DNA of 64,000 nucleotides, taken from positions 1,344,001-1,408,000 of the forward strand of contig OZ242326.1 of assembly GCA_965208325.1 (NCBI GenBank), in the 5' to 3' direction. Source of the stretch: Candidatus Poribacteria bacterium. GTDB lineage: Bacteria; Poribacteria; WGA-4E; PCPOR2b. Below the pieces are notes generated by a model that did not search any database, was not told the DNA's origin, and was given only the letters and a program-made list of their open reading frames with translations. Of the stretch, positions 59,560 to 64,000 are shown one piece after another. Every line of letters begins with the position of its first letter. The first letter of the stretch is position 1. A program made the position numbers and the translations under genes.

Positions 59560-61023
59560 TTACTCACCGGCAATTGCAAAAAGTACATTGCGGCTGGCGA
59601 TGTATAGCACGCTGTCCTTGGCGACTGGGGTGGTGTAGACCGCGCTGCCCATGTTGACCTCAAAAATCAGCTCCATCTTTTTGCCGGCTTTTAGGACGGC
59701 AACATCTCCGTCTTCATCGCCGATATAGACCTTACCGTCGGCGACAAACGGCGAACCCCAAATTGCGGCATACGTGTCATACGTCCAGTAGTGTTCACCG
59801 GTGTGGGCATTCAAGCAGTAAACAAATCCGCTCAAATCCGCCGTATAGAGCAAATCGTCATGGATGGCTACTGTGGACATCGTACGGTTATAATCTTGAT
59901 CCCCAAAATGCCAGACAGCGTTGCTCTCGGTGACATCGCCTTCATCTGTGGCGTCAATCGCCCATAGATGTCCAACCCCCTCGCCGTGTTCCGGGTCTTG
60001 ACCCACACCGACGTAAATCCGGTCAGCATAAATGACAGGGGTCGAGATAATGCTGTTGCGTGTGCCTCTCCCGCCGAGTTCCCAAACAGAATCCTTCGGA
60101 TTGCAGTCGAATTTCCAAATCAGTTCCCCAGTTTCAGGTTGAAGGGAGTAGATCCAACCGTCACCGCCCGGCATGATTACCTGCGGTTTTCCGGCGATTA
60201 CCCCGTAGGCGGGATTGGACCACTGGCCGTGAAGAATGTCCTCTCCGGGCGATGCGTCTTCCCAGACAAGTTCGCCTGTTTTTTTGTTTAGGGCGATGAA
60301 GCTAGGTGCAAACGGCGAAGGGATATGGATGTGCCCTTCATCAACACCGTTGCTGGTAATTACAAAAAGCAGGCCTCCGGCGCCAACTGGGGAACAGGTG
60401 GCGAGGTTGTGAGGGAACACGTCGAGTTCATCCATCATGTCGTATATCCAGATTATATCGCCGTCAATTTTGCTCGCATCGGTTTCTTCCACGTAAGGGC
60501 CATCATTTTCGCCATCCAAGAACCCTTCCGTGTCGATGCAGACTACCTCGCAGCGGTTTGAGACGTAGTACAGCTTATCTCCTTCAATGTAAGGCGCTGA
60601 GCAGACGCCCTGCTGCGGCCAGTCGTTAACTCTACCTGATGGGAGTTTAGTATGTGTAGATTGCCAGAGAAACTCGCCGTCCGATTCTCGGAACGCCATG
60701 ATTACGCCGCGGTCGCCGGTGAGTTTTGGATTGCGCAATCCTTGGTTGTTCGTTCCGACGAACACCTTGCCGCCGATGAGAATAGGTCCCGCATAGGTTT
60801 GTGAGCCGAGAGACGCCCGCCACTTGATGTTTAACCCGGTCTCGGGATCCCACTTTTCCGGCAAATTCGTCTCGTCCGATACCAGATTTCGAGACGGTGT
60901 GAACCCCCACATACTTGTCTCTTCAGCGCGAGCATCAAATGTAGCAAAAAGGATTATTCCAATAATAATGCGGCAAATGCTGTTGTTCATCGATCTTAAA
61001 ATTCTCCTGGTGTTCATATTCAT
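59560..61023 (-). CDS. Exported PQQ-like (BamB-type) beta-propeller protein
   Basis: Signal peptide and repeated ALNxxTGELVW / SP..ADGKVY blades. Confidence 0.88.
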   Translation of the reverse strand: MNMNTRRILRSMNNSICRIIIGIILFATFDARAEETSMWGFTPSRNLVSDETNLPEKWDPETGLNIKWRASLGSQTYAGPILIGGKVFVGTNNQGLRNPKLTGDRGVIMAFRESDGEFLWQSTHTKLPSGRVNDWPQQGVCSAPYIEGDKLYYVSNRCEVVCIDTEGFLDGENDGPYVEETDASKIDGDIIWIYDMMDELDVFPHNLATCSPVGAGGLLFVITSNGVDEGHIHIPSPFAPSFIALNKKTGELVWEDASPGEDILHGQWSNPAYGVIAGKPQVIMPGGDGWIYSLQPETGELIWKFDCNPKDSVWELGGRGTRNSIISTPVIYADRIYVGVGQDPEHGEGVGHLWAIDATDEGDVTESNAVWHFGDQDYNRTMSTVAIHDDLLYTADLSGFVYCLNAHTGEHYWTYDTYAAIWGSPFVADGKVYIGDEDGDVAVLKAGKKMELIFEVNMGSAVYTTPVAKDSVLYIASRNVLFAIAGE

Positions 61024-61127
61024 ACAACTTCGCTCAGTTGAACGTTCAAAGGTTTACAGCAGGGCAATATATTTACGGTTTCTACATAAACCAAAATTTT
61101 AGGTCACGGAGGTGAACCACCCGCCGC

Positions 61128-61151
61128 ACGCGCAACAAATTGCGCTACTAC
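61128..61151. repeat. Single GTAG-type REP
   Basis: ACGCGCAACAAATTGCGCTACTAC hairpin. Confidence 0.5.
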
Positions 61152-61189
61152 AAACGGAACCGGCTAAGTCCTAGATTTTAAAAGTGCTT

Positions 61190-63355
61190 TCAATCACTCC
61201 AAACTTTTAGATTATCGTAATAAATTTCGGCTGCGGAATACCCGTAGATTCCCGGACTTCCTTCACGATTTGGCAACGGATCTTCTACCGTAATCGTCCA
61301 AGATGCCGGTTCTGGTTCGCCGGTTCGCCACACCTTTCCTTTTGCCATCGCTTTATCGTCGGCAATGTCTACCGTCAACTTTATGGTATACCAGACGTAC
61401 GGTTCCCACGTGTAATCAATATGCTTCGCCATTCTGAGGTCTGAAGCCCAAGAGCGGATTTGCAACCGCTGGTGGTTACCCATGAGATCCAAGGTATACC
61501 GGTTGGCGATTAGCCCCATGTCCGGCAGGTTGCGTTTAGGCTTGGTGCCCATCGCGTCAATTTGAACGGTGTAGCCTGCCATGGCGGGCAGACCAATATA
61601 GACATTGGACCGGTTCAACCCGCGTCTGACAGGCGATTTTACTAGGACTTTGTTCCCATCTTTGGAGCGGACGACATATTTAGAGCCTGCCCCAACCCAG
61701 TGCGGCGGGTTTTTCCCATCCTCAATCGACTCAAAATTTTCCGCCCAGGGTAATTCGGGAACGACACGGACACGTGCAGCGTCTTGTAAATTTCCGACAC
61801 GCGCCGACACGGTTCCCGCTTGGCCGCCCCCGTTTTCATTGAGAGTTAGTACACCGTTGGAACCAATTGTGCCTAACAAGCCGTTGAGTGACCATTCCGC
61901 CGCCTCTGCAGCGTAAGATATTCCACTATCGTCGAATGCGTGAACCGTGAACTGAAGTGTTTTTCCGGGCTGGGTTAATACGTCTGCAGGGACGATTTTG
62001 ATTGAATTGACCGCTTTCGCACCGAGACAGTAGAGCCCTTCCTCCGTTGTGAAATAGATGCGGCCGTCGGCAATCGCTGGGGATCCATAGATTTCTGCGT
62101 AATGCCCCGGCTCTCTTTCAATCTGCTTTGTGTCGAGGGATTGGCAAGCATCTCCGCTTGGACGTAGAATATGAAAGTGTCCGTTCACCTCGGTAACAAA
62201 TATCTTTCCGTCCGCACAAACGGGCGAACCTTTACCAACGGTGCCGAGGCTGTGTTGCCAGTGGACCACACCTGTTTCGGCATCAAGGCTATGCAGATTC
62301 GCCGAATTGTCCACGACGTAAAGACTTCCCCCGTGTATTGCTGGAGAGGCATAACCGACCTGACACTCGTCATACCGCCAGATTTCATGCGTTGATGTAA
62401 CATCCCCCGTGCCAGTGGCGTCAATGCAAACGACACGCCCCATCGCCGTGCTGTCGACATTCTCTTCGCCCTGACATGCGTAGACTTTTGTGCCGTCTAC
62501 CACAACTGAACTCTGGATGCCGCGTTTGCTCAATTTAAAGCCCCACACGGTCTCGCCAGTGCGGACATCCATTGCATAGACAGATCCATCCGCGTTGCCC
62601 GCTATCAAGAGGAATTGTCCTTTAATCGCCGCAACAACAGGCGTGGAGTAGGTAGTATCCAGCGGCCGGCCGCCCGGCGCCGCCACCCACACGACATCGC
62701 CAGTGTTCTTATCAAGAGCGAAATAGCGGTGTCTCGGTACAACATGACTGCCCCAGCTTGTGTTGAGGAAGCTGATGATTACGAGATTGCCGGTCACAAT
62801 CGGTGTATGAATACGCCCGCCATAACCTGAAATCCGTCCGAATTCTTCGGTCAACGAACGTGACCAGACAATCTCACCCTTTCCAGTAAAACAGAGGAAT
62901 ATACCACTTATGGTATGGGCATAAATATTACCGGTATTCGTGTCGCCAGCCAAACTCGCCCAACCGAGGCGGTTGAATGGGATAGTGCTGTGAAAAACGT
63001 TGATTCGATGTTGCCAAAGCAGTTTCCCGGTTTCGGCGTCAAAGCAGGCGACCTGCTCTTGTTCGGTGATGTCCTGTCCGACTCGCCCGATAACATACAC
63101 TCTACCATTGAGGACAATCGGTGTGGAACGACCGATAAAATCGGCTTTCCACATCAGGTTTTCACCGTCCTGAGACCAATTTGAGATGAGTCCCGTTTCG
63201 TGAGACACACCGTTCTGGTTGGGGCCGCGCCAACCCGGCCAGTTCCATTCAGCAGCCCAGGCATCAGTAGGAAATTGAGCTAAAATACCCCCATGCAAAA
63301 TCAGCAGCATATGCAGAAGAAAATATACGGTTTTACGAATCATCTTATAACACAT
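61190..63355 (-). CDS. Exported PQQ-like beta-propeller with C-terminal Ig-like and lectin-like domains
   Basis: WPGWRGP, STP..GRVY blades and a C-terminal beta-sandwich ending YYDNLKV. Confidence 0.88.
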   Translation of the reverse strand: MCYKMIRKTVYFLLHMLLILHGGILAQFPTDAWAAEWNWPGWRGPNQNGVSHETGLISNWSQDGENLMWKADFIGRSTPIVLNGRVYVIGRVGQDITEQEQVACFDAETGKLLWQHRINVFHSTIPFNRLGWASLAGDTNTGNIYAHTISGIFLCFTGKGEIVWSRSLTEEFGRISGYGGRIHTPIVTGNLVIISFLNTSWGSHVVPRHRYFALDKNTGDVVWVAAPGGRPLDTTYSTPVVAAIKGQFLLIAGNADGSVYAMDVRTGETVWGFKLSKRGIQSSVVVDGTKVYACQGEENVDSTAMGRVVCIDATGTGDVTSTHEIWRYDECQVGYASPAIHGGSLYVVDNSANLHSLDAETGVVHWQHSLGTVGKGSPVCADGKIFVTEVNGHFHILRPSGDACQSLDTKQIEREPGHYAEIYGSPAIADGRIYFTTEEGLYCLGAKAVNSIKIVPADVLTQPGKTLQFTVHAFDDSGISYAAEAAEWSLNGLLGTIGSNGVLTLNENGGGQAGTVSARVGNLQDAARVRVVPELPWAENFESIEDGKNPPHWVGAGSKYVVRSKDGNKVLVKSPVRRGLNRSNVYIGLPAMAGYTVQIDAMGTKPKRNLPDMGLIANRYTLDLMGNHQRLQIRSWASDLRMAKHIDYTWEPYVWYTIKLTVDIADDKAMAKGKVWRTGEPEPASWTITVEDPLPNREGSPGIYGYSAAEIYYDNLKVWSD

Positions 63356-63366
63356 TTACAACCCCG

Positions 63367-64000
63367 TTACGATTTATCAATCGTCACAATTTCTCCGGTC
63401 TTGATGGATTCTGTTTCTTTATGGCAGAGTAGGAGGGCGTCTCTAGCGCTAACGCCTGAAAGTATTGCGGATTCACGGCCTTCGACGATTGCGTCAACTG
63501 CAGACTGTATCTCTAGGGTAAAAGCATCAACGGGATCTGTTTCACCGAGATCGACGCGGTGAACGTTTCCATCGTCGGTCAACAGCGTCAACGGCGTTGA
63601 GGTGACCGGGTCACCGCCAAGCGTGGCAAACTCATACAGCAGAGTCGCATTTTCCAGATAAAGCTCAAAACCGTGTGAGAAGGCGCGGCCTTCCTGAGAT
63701 ACTGCGCCCGATGAGCAACTGATCGCAAGCGCTCTGTCGTCGTATATGTATTGGGTTGTGAGGTATTGGGCAAAGCCGCCCCCGGCAAGCGTGCCTTGTG
63801 AGAACACTGCGTCGGGCGTCCCGCAAAGCAGTTGAATATAATGCGTGTCGTGAATGTGAAGGTCTATACCGGGGCCGCCGCTCTTTTCTAAATCTACAAA
63901 ATCATCAGACCAGCTCGGCTCGGAAATGACGCGTTTGAAATGTCCGCCAATCAGATTCCCGTGTTCGCCGCTTTCAACGATGTCTTTCGCGTATGCGAAC
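63367..64000 (-). CDS. Gfo/Idh/MocA oxidoreductase, 5' part outside the window
   Basis: Open frame to the edge with KDIVESGEHGNL...SGGPGIDLHIHD. Confidence 0.88.
   Translation of the reverse strand, partial: FAYAKDIVESGEHGNLIGGHFKRVISEPSWSDDFVDLEKSGGPGIDLHIHDTHYIQLLCGTPDAVFSQGTLAGGGFAQYLTTQYIYDDRALAISCSSGAVSQEGRAFSHGFELYLENATLLYEFATLGGDPVTSTPLTLLTDDGNVHRVDLGETDPVDAFTLEIQSAVDAIVEGRESAILSGVSARDALLLCHKETESIKTGEIVTIDKS

Noticed and set aside
202..63788. Numerous 60-200 aa ORFs overlapping longer genes
   Set aside because: They are shadow frames of well-supported CDSs with no recognisable motifs.

Overview
Bacterial chromosomal window, roughly 50% GC. It is most consistent with Candidatus Poribacteria (inference from a C-terminal NYPNPFNPETWIP domain, a PhyH dioxygenase, an ECF sigma fused to a beta-propeller, PQQ-like propellers and many GTAG-type REPs). 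Housekeeping genes include a PPi-type PFK, ftsB-like, map, miaB, era, bioB and leuB. The best candidate for an undescribed system is a ~17 kb locus at 38046-54827. It encodes two secreted CTD-bearing proteins behind a sigma54-type promoter. These are followed by a PorV/FadL-like barrel fused to a transglutaminase-like domain, a FecR-like protein with a catalytically dead copy of that domain, a CHASE2 histidine kinase and an enhancer-binding response regulator lacking GAFTGA. The locus ends in a divergent sigma70 with its own sigma54 promoter and a tandem palindromic enhancer. Other highlights are a selenocysteine peroxiredoxin that the ORF track splits at an in-frame UGA followed by a SECIS-like hairpin, a degenerate DnaA paralog, a phage-like two-gene unit behind a perfect sigma70 promoter and leader terminator, and a 1.7 kb mosaic of REP elements. 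No rRNA, tRNA or CRISPR array was recognised. All family calls come from motif recognition by eye, not from database searches.
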